NCBI GenBank assembly: GCA_964234715.1
Contig: OZ174281.1
Direction: 5' to 3' (one strand)
Source: Podarcis melisellensis
Taxonomy: Eukaryota
DNA length: 64,000 bases
Positions 1 to 11,699 of this stretch are shown piece by piece. Within the stretch, counting starts at the first letter, position 1. The number at the start of each line of letters is the position of its first letter. Position numbers and translations under genes: made by a program. A model generated the notes under the pieces. That model was given only the letters and a program-made list of their open reading frames with translations, searched no databases and was not told the origin of the DNA.

Positions 1-251
1 CGGGTTCTGGGAGATGGAGGATCTGGAATGCTCTCTAATGACAACATATCAGCTCTGGCTCTCCCATGATTTCCCAACTTTTCCCCTCATCTGCCTCTGA
101 GCTGTGGCCTCCACAAACCCCTGTTGTAAATCTATACTGTCTTCCTCCTCCCTGGAAGGGTCAGGATGGGGAAGCAGTCTCTACCATCCCTCCTCCTCTG
201 CCCAGCCCCTAACACCACAAGAGAACATTACACATTAAAAACTTCCCAATA

Positions 252-514
252 CAGTGGTACCTCGCAAGACGAATGCCTCGTAAGACGAAAAACTCGCAAG
301 ACAAAAGAGTTTTTCATTTTTTGAGTTGCTTCACAAGACGAATTTCCCTATGGGCTTGCTTTGCAAGACGAAAACGTCTTGCAAGTTTCAATGCATTCCT
401 ATGGGAATTTGGTTTCAATGCATTCCTATGGGAATCCGTGCTTCGCAAGACGAAAAATTCGCAAGACGGAAAAACTCGCAGAACGAATTAATTTCGTCTT
501 GCGAGGTACCACTG
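252..514. mobile_element. Tc1/mariner (Tigger/pogo-like) MITE, 'GCAAGACGAA' family, short form
   Basis: TIR CAGTGGTACCTCGCAAGACGAA ... TTCGTCTTGCGAGGTACCACTG; TA on both sides; repeated GCAAGACGAAA subterminal motifs; sits inside an L2-type tail (CACATTAAAAACTTCCC..TA|..|TA..GTCTTCTAGA). Confidence 0.92.
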
Positions 515-1571
515 TATAGGATCTTTCCAAGTCTTCTAGAGGCCACAGGCAACCATTTACCAAGGTGACAAAGGGAAGCTGTGCCTCTCCACATGCTGTT
601 GGATGCCAGCTCCCACCACCACCAGCCAGCATGGCCAACAAGAAGGGATGGCCAGATTTACAGTCCAGTAACAACTGGAAAACCCCAGGGGCCCCCACTC
701 CGGACAAAGTGGTAATTGACTATGGAGTTCTTGTAAACACATACGGTGCAACCCTGTATGGAACTACGAAGAAGTAAGCACTGTTGGGTTCAATAGCGCT
801 GACTCTCAGGTACAGGGGGATATAGGACAACACCCTTAGTAAGTTAACTGCCTGAGCCCAGACTTGCAAGTTAGCTGTAGGTGCAGATGTCTGGTCGACT
901 GTGGTGCAAAATGGCCATTTGCATCAACTCAGTGTATTAAGCTGCCAAGTAGTGAGGACAATTTTACCAGGGAGAAAATGTGTGGCAAAATGGTTATCAG
1001 CATCACTCTGACATGTTGCATTTATTTCGAAAATCCTGCTGCTTCTGAATGTGTAAATCTTTCCTACAGGGTAAGGGCATTTCAGCTTCTCAGTGCTCTG
1101 TTTTTGTGTGTGTGTGAACTTATAAAATGTGCCTTTTATTAGTCCATAAAAGCTATGTTTGGACAGAGAGTGAAATAAAAATTAATGCTTCTTATTATCA
1201 ACCCAATGCACAGAACAAGCATCTCTTCTGTTCATTTATTTAAATACTCCAAATGCCGCCTGCTAGTAAAACTCCTTCCTGACTCATCAGCTTTACACTG
1301 TGAGCTGTGGACTGACATCTGTGAAGTGACTAACACCAACACACAAAGCCATAAAGAAGACCTCTTGTGAAAGGGCAGATACGCATTACGGCAGTATCAG
1401 CAGAATTTACATTTACATTTTCCTACATTAAAGTTTGTGTAACTGATGTCAAATCTATGTTTTTGTAAAGTTTATTGGGGGAAAGTTATTGAAATGTGAC
1501 AAAGGAACTGTCTCAAATCTATAAAATTGTAATGCATTGATTGGAGCTATCGGAATTTACTGTACTGTATA

Positions 1572-1903
1572 GGGACACGGGTGGCGCTTTGGGTTAAACC
1601 ACAGAGCCTAGGAATTGCCGATCAGAAGGTTGGTGGTTCGAATCCCCGCGACGGGGTGAGCTCCCGTTACTCGGCCCCTGCTCCTGCCAACCTAGCAGTT
1701 TGAAAGCACGTCAACGTGCAAGTAGATAGATAGGTACCGCTCCGGTGGGAAGGTAAACGCCAGAAGTGGCTTAGTCATGCTGGCCACATGACCCAGAAGC
1801 TGTACGCCGGGTCCCTCGGCCAATAAAGTGAGATGAGCGCCGCAACCCCAGAGTTGGCCACGACTGGACCTAATGGTCAGGGGTTCCTTTACCTTTACCT
1901 TTA
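1572..1903 (+). mobile_element. Sauria SINE, near full length
   Basis: GGGACACGGGTGGCGCT head, B-box GGTTCGAATCC, body CTAGCAGTTTGAAAGCAC...GCAAGTAGATAGATAGGTAC, (ACCTTT)n tail. Confidence 0.93.
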
Positions 1904-1934
1904 TAGTTAACTGAAGAAGGCCAAACAGCATGTC

Positions 1935-2220
1935 AAAGCCTGATCCGTCACTGAGGTCTTTGGGGGAGTCACTGGTAGTTGTTCCTCATAGCTCATATCC
2001 ACAAAGAGTTCATTACCATGGGCCCAATTTTATGGAACTCCCTTCCAGCTGATGTCCTGTTGAACTCCCAGTGCCTGTTGTTGTTGTTCCAACAGACTTC
2101 TTCACTGAGTTTTGATTTTATAATTTTAACTCATTTTTAGCCTCATTGTATTGGGGCTCCTGTACACCACTTGGAGACGACAAGCTGCAGTATGCAAATT
2201 GTTTAAACGGTTAAATAAAC
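1935..2220 (+). mobile_element. Degraded L2 LINE 3' fragment
   Basis: Resembles the squamate L2 end (LRS..LLVVP..AFS..AP.LWNSLP coding region), ending in AATAAA-rich tail. Confidence 0.5.
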
Positions 2221-2234
2221 AAATAAACAGAATG

Positions 2235-2345
2235 CAGGACTTGAGCCAGGGACACCTGAGTTCAGATCTCTGCACAGCTATGAAATTTACAGGATGGTCT
2301 CAGACTTCAGCCCTACCTACCTTCAAGGGTTGTCCGGATGTTAAT
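2235..2345 (+). mobile_element. Degraded tRNA-derived CORE/MIR-like (Squam2-like) SINE
   Basis: GAGTTCAGATC B-box-like motif; CAGCCCTACCTACCTTCAAGGGTTGT similar to the copy at 8313-8549. Confidence 0.5.
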
Positions 2346-2416
2346 CAAGAATGAGCACATGAGGCATTCCCAGCATCTTCACCTGAGAACTTCTGCAGCC
2401 CAACCTGCTACTAAGG

Positions 2417-2592
2417 CATGCTGTTCAACCGTCCCAAATTGAGCAGGACACCCCTGAATGACAGAAGCTATCCCGGCTTCTGATTGAATCCTGGAATGTC
2501 CCGATTTTTGGCCTGGCACTCTGGCGCGAGTCAGCTGGCTGGACAAAAAACCGAGCACCCCTATTTTGATCAGTGGGATGTTGGAGGCATAG
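2417..2592. mobile_element. Degraded non-autonomous hAT-like element (CATACCCTCCAA-terminus family)
   Basis: AGAAGCTATCCCGGCTTCTGATT..ATCCTGGAATGTCCCG and ATGTTGGAGGCATAG match the copy at 48151-48288. Confidence 0.65.
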
Positions 2593-4031
2593 CTAGAAAG
2601 TTAGGATGCCTATGCCAAGGAATACTCTGACGGTTGTGATCCTATTCAGAGAACTCCCTGTTCATTCCATATTCTTCCTGGAAGAGCTGCAATTTAACTC
2701 TAAATCAGAGAGCAGTTTCTCTTTAATTATTTTATCTCGCTTCACTTTGATGCATGGCTTTGAATTCTAATATTAAAAGACTTCCCCTTAAGCTCCTTTA
2801 GGATTTTAACCGGAACATGCTGGTTACTAAACATGATAAGACTTCTAAAAATGTATTTAAAGGCACCAGGGTGTGGAAGACTGGAGTCGTGGCACTCCTT
2901 GACCCCTTTCAAATGAACATGCTCCCCTCCTCCTACCCTGAAGTCAGTAGCCAGCTACGAGTATTGCTGTTGTACTGTAAACTTTGCATATATTATAACA
3001 ACTTCTCAGTAGCCGGGGTGATCGCTTATGTAAAATGAACTTTATAAGAAACAGTTGTGTTTGCTCCCCTTTTAGAAGAAAGTCTGAGTGTGGTGGGTTT
3101 TTCTTTCTTTCTATCTTTCTCAACATTTTATTCTTATACACAAGGCTCTGGGTTATTGGATTCCAGCTGATGTGAATGTTAACTGCATGTTTTTCTCAGT
3201 AAAATGTGCAAGGCAGGGAGGGGAGGGGGGTTGTGGAGCACTAGGCACAGCACAGGAACCACCAAAGGGGCATTTGGGTCAATAATTAATTGCGAAAATA
3301 TTTCCTCCCACCAACAAGAACAGTTAAGTCAAACCTCTTCGCCACAAAGGGAAAATCCCTTGCTCCTTAGAGAAATTAAAAGCAGCAGAGCTAGGAGGAA
3401 ATCCAGAGGTTGCCATCATATCTCTGCACATAATGGTCTAAATATTCATAATGGCACAAGGAAGACATGGCTTCAGTCCTGGATGGATGCAGATTTACAA
3501 CAGAGTTGGGTCAATATTGTTTCTGCAGCAGATTCCTGTAAGTGGTATCCTGCTTAAGGCAAATTCAGGAACTGTCCTCAGCGCTCAGTGCTTACATGGT
3601 CCCCCTCCCCTATGTCCTGTGCATTGAGCTTGGCTTGAAGGGGTAGAGCTGCAAGGGTATATGCAATGTTTGAGCAGGACCAGGAAGGGCACAGGTGGAT
3701 TTGGAGGGACATGCCATGTCAGGGACCCTCCCCCTCCATTTGTTAACGATACCCACGGAAAAGGCTTTCCAAATAGGGCTATACTGTACAGCAGTTCCAG
3801 GTTCCAACCCCACAGCAAATAGCATGTCTTCTTGTAAAGGGTGTAAGTGGTACAGATATAATGGTGGGGTCAAGGTGTGGCTACAGCATCCAAGGACAGG
3901 TCTGTGTGGTTGTTGTGGGGCTCAAAGACCACAGGACATTCTTCCCAGCTCTGCTTTTTAGCATTGATAGTGGACAAAGGAGATCTAGGAGTGGTGGATA
4001 ACCTACTTAAGTAAAATTCTCAGGCACAAAC

Positions 4032-4512
4032 AGGACCACAGCTCAGTGGCAGAGCATCTTCCTGGAAGGGCCCAGGTACAATTTCTGCTGTCTCCAGGTA
4101 AGGCTTCTCACTGAGACCCCAGAGAGCTGCTGCCCTTGAGAGTAGCCAATATGCAGCTAAATGGATGAATGGTCTACCTCAGTATAAGGCAGCTTGGTTG
4201 GTTGGTTGGTTTGATATTTTGCCCCTCATCCAAAGATCTCAGGGCGGTTCACAAGATAAATACACAAGCCAAAAGCACAAACAAACAGGTAAAACAGAAA
4301 CAACAAAACAATAACCCCCTCCCACAAAGACATTTGAACGGCTGTAGGATATTAATCTCTCAAAGGCCTAGTTGAAGAAGAATGTTTTCGCCAGGCACCT
4401 AAAAATATATAATGACGGTGCCAGACAAACCTCCCTGGGGAGACCATTCCACAAATGGGGAGCCACTGCAGAAAAGGCCAGTTCCTATATTCCAGTCAGC
4501 TTCCTGTGTTCC
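4032..4512 (+). mobile_element. Squam3-like tRNA-derived SINE interrupted by an L2 3' fragment
   Basis: AGCTCAGTGGCAGAGCATCT head; GAGAGCTGCTGCC; AATGGTCT..CTCAGTATAAGGCAGCTT then insert; TTCCTGTGTTCC tail resumes about 4482-4512. Confidence 0.75.
4196..4480 (-). mobile_element. L2 LINE 3' end (antisense) nested in the SINE
   Basis: (GGTT)n tail, GATCTCAGGGCGGTTCACAA, GGGAGACCATTCCACAAATGGGGAGCCACTGCAGAAAAGGCC (reverse of AFSAVAPHLWNGLP). Confidence 0.75.
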
Positions 4513-4999
4513 AGTCAGTAGCAGATGGTGTGGCAGAACTGCCTCACTTCTCTGACCTCCTTCTGGCTAAGTTACTCCTGCGAACTGGGATTGAGAGGGA
4601 CAGGAAACCACTGGCAGCAAGGTCAGCATGGTGCCAATGTGCCGGCAGATAACATCTGGTGCTTCCACCAGCTTGTTTGTACTACCCCAGCCTCTCTCCA
4701 TCCCAACATGTGTACATCAGTGACTCAGACAGAGGGAGGTCAAGTGAGTGGAACAGCCCTACCATGCCTATCGCTATGGGTTCCAGTTCAGGGAAAAGGA
4801 AGTGTATTCCTTATTTGAAAGAATTCCTCAGCATTTGTATGAACACACAATGTTCAAAGAGTAAATGAGGGCAAGCGCATACATTTCCCCAAACATGGGG
4901 ACTGCTCTTCAGACCTTTGGTGTGAATGTCTGAAGAGGGTTTTTCAGGTTTGAAGAGAGTTCGTAACCTTTGCTTGACTAGGTAAATGCCTAAGCTCAC

Positions 5000-5325
5000 T
5001 GCAACCTGGCACCTTCTCTGACATACTTTTGATGCCAGGTAAAATCTTACCTTTCCCCCAGGCTTTTGTTGGACTGAGATGGTAACATTTTTGTGTGCTG
5101 CCTAAGTTTTCTGCTGCTATTTAGGGAGAGGGTTGCTTCGTGTATTTGTGTGTGTTTCTTCGTGTCTGTGTGATATTTATGAATTGTATGCTGTTTTGTG
5201 TGAATGTATTAATATTATAATGCCTTTTTACTTACTTATTATGTTTCTGAATAGGCTGTAAGTTGCTTGGAGAACTTACTGTAACAAGTGACTAATAAGT
5301 CTAACAACAAATAATAATAAAAAAA
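5000..5325 (+). mobile_element. L2 LINE 3' end, degraded
   Basis: CTGGCACCTTCTCTG...GCCAGGTAAAATCTTACCTTTCCCCCAGGCTTTTG, TG-rich 3'UTR, AATA tail. Confidence 0.6.
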
Positions 5326-6199
5326 TATTGCTCCTTCCACACTTCAGTTCCCCTTTCAGGAGGAACACTGTTAAAAAGAGAGAGAGAATGAAAATTTGAT
5401 TAGGCTGAAATATGTGTACATGAGCCTAGGTTCAATTGTAGTTTGACTTTTAGGAAAACTCAAATCTTGCTGTGTTAAGGTAACATTCATTTGCCTATAA
5501 ACAACACCTACCAATGTGAATAGTTCTTGACATGCCTAGAAGGGTAAAAGGTTACTTTTCTTTTACTGGTATCTAGGCTCCTGCTTTACAAGCTCATAAG
5601 TAAAAGGCAGACCTGGAGTGCTAGCATGGCCCCGTGAACAAGGAATCTCACATCTTTGCCAGGGAGATAAATAAGGGGGAAACATCTGCTATTTAAGCCT
5701 TGCATTCACCTATAAATCTAAATGACAAATGTGATCCCAAAAGCTGAAATCATCTGCAGTTTGCAGGAGACACACACACACACACTCCTGGAACTTTCAG
5801 GGACATTAATGAATGCCCATTCTTTCATTCCCTATAACAGCACAGGAATGATGTCTGGAGCAGCCAGTCCACATAAAGGGCCAAAAAGCACGTAACAATA
5901 GAGCTGGGAATTAGAAGTAAAAGTCTGGATGCTTTGTGATTTTGAAAGGCTTTGGATTGTGGGATGGTTATGTGTCTGTTCTGTCTCCCTCTTTAGGGAA
6001 ACTGGACCTGGTTCGCCTCTGAATATTTGTCCTTCATAGCAAGGAGTAAATACAAGGGCAGATAGGCTGCTCTTCAGAAGCGATTGGAAACTTTAGCGGG
6101 TGCAAATTTCAGTGGCCAGGTTGCTGCTGGAGCACGTTGCTCTGGTCTTATTTGACTTGCGCTGATTACCAATTTATTTTCATGCACAATTCAAAGTGC

Positions 6200-6420
6200 T
6201 GATTATGATCACTGTATCCTGGAATGGTCTGTGACCAGACTATTTGAACAACTGTCTTTTTCTGCATGATCTTGCATCCTTTTCACATTCATCACCTGAC
6301 TTCTTGATTGGTGTCCCTTTGTCTTCTGAGGTTCAGTTGGCTGGAATATGGTACAAAGCCTACTCAGTAGTAGCGCCAACATTACACAACGCTGTCCCTC
6401 AGAAGAACCATTTGACCTCT
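6200..6420 (+). mobile_element. L2 ORF2 C-terminal relic
   Basis: Translation LIGVPLSSEVQLAGIWYKAYSVVAPTLHNAVP matches the L2 'AFSVVAPxLWNALP' motif. Confidence 0.6.
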
Positions 6421-6514
6421 CTCTTTTGGCCTTTAGAGTAATGGTCATGAACTTCTGCTTCTCCATGCCTTTGGATGACAGTAAAAAGCTGTTTGACAGT
6501 GGAATGGACGACCT

Positions 6515-6650
6515 CAGATGGTGGTGGACTCTCCTTTGTTGGAGAGATTTTTAAGTAGAGGATAGATAGCCATCTGTCAGGGTGTCTTTATCTATGATTA
6601 CTGCATTGGATGGGGTCAGACTAGATGATTCCTAGGGGTACTTTCCAAAT
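6515..6650 (+). mobile_element. CR1 LINE 3' end
   Basis: GGACTCTCCTT..TTGGAG..TTTTAAGTAGAGG..GATAGCCATCTGTCAGG..GACTAGATGA..GGGGT..TTCCA. Confidence 0.75.
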
Positions 6651-6861
6651 GATAATAATAATAATAATAACAACAACAAAACTATGGTTTTGTTTTGTTT
6701 TAAGCATAGTTTTCTGCCCACTGCTATGGACATGGGTGGTATTTTTTAAAGCTCTTGGTAGTTATCGTTATTATTGCCATGATTTCATTGCATATTGCAA
6801 ATTGGTTTAACTTTGCTTTGGCAGTGGAGGGAGGAACCTTTCATGGCCAAAAGTCAGTATA

Positions 6862-7378
6862 TGTCAGGCTCCAGGGACTTGACCTCTCTCCCCCCCCCCA
6901 GCCCCTTTGGTCGTAGATAAGCAGGATGAAGCGAAAAGAGTCCCTTACCATTTAAAGAGTCTGTAATGATCACAGCAAAAGAACAACACATCCATTCTCG
7001 GAATAAAGGTGTTCCCAATTAAGGATTCCGCCCACTTCCCCTCTATTCACTTCCATCTTGCAACCTGATCTCGCAACCCTCCTGCTTTTTGTGTCGCCAC
7101 CTTATCTGCTCTATGTGCCCTTGGACTGATAGGCTGAATACTTTCCAGCGAGAGAGAGTCTGTTAGCTCTCTCTTCCTGTTCTTCTTCACTTTGCTGTTC
7201 ACCCCCCAGTTCTTCCCAACTTTTTTCTTCAGAACTATACCCCTCTGCAAACCACTGTTCCAAATCTATACTGCTCCACTGCTTCTGGGCAGCTTCAGCA
7301 TCCTGGTCAGGAGCAGGCGGAGGTGGAGGCTCCCACCATTCTCATCAGAGCAGTACTCCTCAGCCTGGTCTCTTGACA
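6862..7378. mobile_element. Solo LTR (517 bp)
   Basis: TGTCA...TGACA inverted termini flanked by an exact 5-bp TSD GTATA (6857-6861, 7379-7383). Confidence 0.8.
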
Positions 7379-8312
7379 GTATACAAACTCTTCACTAAAT
7401 GAATAAATGGCACTCTGCATTCCACTGAAACCCTATCCACTTGTTACAGATATAATGAAGGAAACATGTGACAATTGGAGGGGCAGTGGGAAAGCTGTAC
7501 TTTCATGAGCAGAAAAGTGACCAAAATGGTGATGGAGATGCTGACTCGCTCATGGGTTTAACTCGCCATATTTGTAATGCTGAAGAGGACTTAAGTGCTG
7601 TGTCCATGTAAGGTCCAGTAAAATGTATTGTTGTATTTAGTAGTTTGCATCTATTAGTATGTGATTATAGCTTGACACCCAAGCTAGGGTCTATTATTAA
7701 GGTATAAAGACTTTTGAACTCCCACTCTCACCCCAACACACCCCAAAGAATTCCCTAGGAGCTGGAGAAGGAGCCATCCAGAGACTTAACAGGCCTAGAA
7801 TTTATAAATACAAAGGACTTGAAGAGGGTTTTTTTTTAAAAAAAAAAAAAAGCATTTTCATATGGAACATACATTATGTATCACCTTCAGGAGGAGCATA
7901 GATAACTGAGCAGAGCTCTTCCATTTGACTGGGATAATGGGTGACAGCCCAAGTGTCCTTGTGATAAAGCGAATCACTTTGTCAGAAGGGTGGGCTGTTT
8001 ATTTATTTATTGCAAGGTCAGTGCGATGCCTAGAAATCAAGTCCTCCTTTCCCCAGCATTTCATTTCTTATTGTTGCAGTAGCAAGACACGAGAAAACAA
8101 AGCGCAGGAGGTGGATTGTGTTGGATCAACTCCATTTCATGGGCAAGCTCACCCTCAATTCAGCTTAAGGCATGCAGTCTCAACCTGCGTGCACACGATA
8201 TCTTTAAAGCACACCCAGAGCCCTTTCAATGAATTCCGGGTCCCTTACGGAGTTACCATTCCCAGCAACCCTCAACAAACCACAGCAGCCAGAATTCTTT
8301 GAGGGAGGAAGG

Positions 8313-8549
8313 TGATTGATTGATTGATTGCATTCATATCCTGCCCTTTCCTCCAAGTTGCCCATGCAACTCCAAGTTGTATATGCATAGTTCTCCTCAC
8401 TGAATCTCCACAACAACCCTGTGAGATAGGTTAGGCTGAGAGGCAGTGACTGGCCCAGGATTCACACGGTGAGCTTCATGGCCAAGTGGGGATTTGAACC
8501 CTGCTCTCCCAAGTCCTAGTCCAACACTCTAACCGCTACACCACACTGC
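8313..8549 (-). mobile_element. tRNA-derived CORE/MIR-like (Squam2-like) SINE
   Basis: Reverse strand: CAGTGTGGTGTAGCGGTTAGAGTGTTGGACTAGG A-box, GGGTTCAAATCCC B-box, CTCTCAGCCTAACCTATCTCACAGGGTTGTTG, (AATC)n tail. Confidence 0.85.
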
Positions 8550-9107
8550 CTCAGTATGCAGCCTCAGTCCCAAGTTCAACTGGATCTTCCCCCATGCGAA
8601 ATATACATGTTTGCAGGCTGTATCGCCCAGAGTGATAGAAGACATGACAGCGGGGCTGACCCACATGCAAATATCATCAAGTTCTGAAACCAGTCATATT
8701 GGAGACGTAGAAATTTCTTTTCTGTATTAAAAGCACATAGATTGGGCAAATATTCAGTAGCCCAATACAGTAGCCCAATTTATGCATTGCTCATGTGTAT
8801 GGCATAAGTGTGTATAGCTAGGAGCAGGGCTACACTTTTAGCTCAAGCCCTATTGATAAGTGTGCAGCACTTGTAAAGGAATGAGCACAATAAAAAGACT
8901 CAAGGGGCGGGCCTAAAAGGCATGGGCCTGCTCCTCACTCTGCACTTGTATGCCCTACATGTGAGTAGCACACAAATAGGGTTAGGGTTAGTTCCTCCTT
9001 CCCCCAACTAGGGACAGCGAGATCTCCTACCCAACTAGGGTTCACACAGCTAACAGAACAACATCACAATAGGACATGACAATAGGACAGCATGACAATA
9101 GGAAAGC

Positions 9108-9295
9108 GTCGCTATGCTTCAGTAAGCGGTCCCTATTTATCTACTTGCACCCAGGGGTGCTTTCGAACTGCTAGGTTGGCAGGCGCTGGGACCGAACGAC
9201 GGGAGCGCACCCCGCCACAGGGATTCGAACCACTGACCATACGATCGGCAAGTCCTAGGCGCTGAGGCTTTTACCCACAGCGCCACCCGCGTCCC
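9108..9295 (-). mobile_element. Sauria SINE 5' half (young subfamily, same as 49204-49565)
   Basis: GCGGTCCCTATTTATCTACTTGCAC...GGGATTCGAACC...CAGCGCCACCCGCGTCCC. Confidence 0.9.
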
Positions 9296-10012
9296 TCTAC
9301 CTTCCCTTAGATTTAACCAAATTGCTGGCCCAATCTGAGGACTGCTTGTGTAAGTAATCTTACTATTTTTTGTAATAAACCACATTAATCTTTGACTCTA
9401 AATTCTAGTTTGTTGTCTTATTGCTAGTTCCCCCTTATATAAGTGTTAATTGGCACCATGGTGACTCTTAGCTGAAGACTCACATATGTGTTGGCTGGAT
9501 GCAAGTGTAGAAGCCACTTAATATTTCCCCCGCTACTGTGGGGTAAGAGAACATCTTTAACTCCATGTGCATGTGTTTGTGTGTATGTGTGTATAATGTA
9601 ACTGTGCTACCTGTGTTGACCGTAACCAGCAGGAAATCAGTGTGAAATTTCACATGCCGGATGGAGAGTGAAGAACAAATAACAGATTCAGATGATTTTT
9701 GTCTACAGCAATTTTCATGGTTACTCATAAAAGCAATTCTCCAGAATTGCTAGCTGAAGGAGTTCTGGCAAATTCTGTTTGACGCTTGGCACATAGGTTA
9801 TTTCACATGCTGTGATATTTGCATGCAGCAGTATGGCAGATCAGGGGATGTGGTGCAATAAAAAATAGCTGGAGAAAAAGTGGGCAGAGAATGGAGAAAG
9901 AAGCAGTGGTGGAGGAATGTCCTCCCCTCCCCCCCCCCCGATCCTTGGGACCCCGAAGAAACTCATCAAAGCAAATGTCCTGGTTGTGGGGAGTGCAGCT
10001 GACTGCTTGATG

Positions 10013-10575
10013 CAGTGGTTCTCAAAGGGTGTGGTGTGCCACACTGGTGTGGCAAGAGAGGATGGCAAGTGTGGCAGGAAGATTCAAGGGCAATCCAAGA
10101 AACATTTGAACATTTCATAGTATGGGTATACAACCAGAAACACTGATTCTCTTCAAGAGTATTGGCTATTCTTCTACAGTTTTCCACGACATATGGTTAT
10201 GAACATGGATTTTCAACTCTGACAAATATGAAAGATCTGAAAAGAGAAAGGCATCTTTGTGTTGATGAAGAGATGAGAGTTGGTTTGTCTCAAATTAGAC
10301 CTAGCATAAATGAGCTTACCCAGCAAAAGCAAGCTCACACCTCTCATTCAGTTTGTAAGAGGCTCGTTTGTAATTATATTTTGGGAATGATTCATGTTCT
10401 TACGTAGCTGCATTGTTTCGTGCTTTCTGGGTGTCCCAAGATATTATAATGTAGTTGTGATCTATGTTATAAATCAAGCACTCCTAGGAATTGTTTCTTT
10501 TTGTTTTCCAATCAATAAAAAAAATTGGTGGGGTGCAAGCAAATTTTTATTCTGAAAATGTGGGCCAGCTTAACA
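10013..10575 (+). mobile_element. hAT (Charlie/Buster) DNA transposon deletion derivative
   Basis: 5' terminus CAGTGGTTCTCAAA followed by a transposase C-terminal relic and AT-rich 3' region; right end not precisely defined. Confidence 0.75.
10162..10350 (+). pseudogene. hAT Buster/Charlie transposase C-terminal dimerisation-domain relic
   Basis: ILLQFSTTYGYEHGFSTLTNMK..KRERHLCVDEEMRVGLSQIRPSINELTQQKQAHTSH matches the Buster pattern LLPF.TTYLCE.GFS....K.K.R.RL....EMRV.LS.I.P....L...KQAH.SH. Confidence 0.88.
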
Positions 10576-11699
10576 ATTTTTTAAATATTAAGTGGTATAG
10601 AAATGGTGAAAAATAATAATATAAAAACAGGAACATTTTTGTGTGATACAGTGAAAACAATCATGTTGAGACAATTGCATGAGATGACCGGCAGGGACTT
10701 AAGAGTAATCCAAATCTCTATGTTGGCATGATCTGCTAATTTGGAAGCCTGATCCTATGAACTGGCTTTAGCTATGGCGTTGTATATGCTTGGCAGAGCA
10801 ATCTGACTTTGACCTGCTTGCCAAGAACACTCTATCCCATTACCAACATTGCTTCCCATTTGCCTGTTTCACATTTGTGCCTCCTTCCATGATCCAGAGA
10901 GTCTGCATAAAACAGCGCACAAGAGGAAGAGAGGGATCATGTTCCCTCCTTCCGCTCGCCATGTTAATGTCCCAGCTGAGTGGCATCAGTTGCCCTTGTG
11001 CAACAAAAGCGGGTAGCAGCTGGTTGCCTCTTTGCCAAAAGTGGGCTCAGAGCCAAGATTCAACACATGGGCACCTGATACACCCTCACCCAACTGTAGG
11101 GTCCCTAGGTGACTGGTTCTCTGAATAGCTAATATACTTCCCCTGATTTTTCTTCAGTTCATGGTGACTTACTGATAAATGTTGATACGCATTCCGCTGA
11201 TGCACATTGAGATGATATAAAAGTTCTCTGTGTGGTGTTTAATCAGCAACAACTCATTCACACATGCGAATTAACACTTGCGGTGCTTTCGTCACCAGAT
11301 CATGAACATTCATATCTGAAGCTGAACTGGTCCTCTGTGCTGTGAAGGGTTGCCCACTGAATAACTCCAGACACTTGCCAGTCTCTCTTGGCAGCTTGCT
11401 TCATTGAGCAATCATTGTCATCCTTAGGATTTTTATTTTCTGAAATCCATTGTAAGTCATCTCTGTCGAAAGTGGGCTTTGGCACCAATCCTCGAAGAAC
11501 TAAAGGGTTGTTTCCTATCCATTTCATCTTGCCTAATTCTATCATGAAATAGCAATCTAGCACTCGGCTTTGGAACACGTTTAAAACAAAAGCCTGACCA
11601 GCTTTTCAGACACCTTTTAATTGAATAACTTTTTAAAGAAATGCCTGAAGTAACTGATATTACAGTTTGAAAAATTACAGTTTGTTTATTCTGTTATAT

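Noticed and set aside
252-514. Regularly spaced GCAAGACGAAA repeats resembling a CRISPR-like array
   Set aside because: Eukaryotic MITE subterminal repeats in both orientations between TIRs; no spacers or cas genes
1558-1569. TACTGTA mariner excision-footprint-like words
   Set aside because: A 7-mer is expected by chance; untestable without orthologous alleles
4032-4095. tRNA-like sequence
   Set aside because: Degenerate SINE head followed by SINE body; no intact cloverleaf
8978-8991. GGGTTAGGGTTAG telomere-like motif
   Set aside because: Only two units
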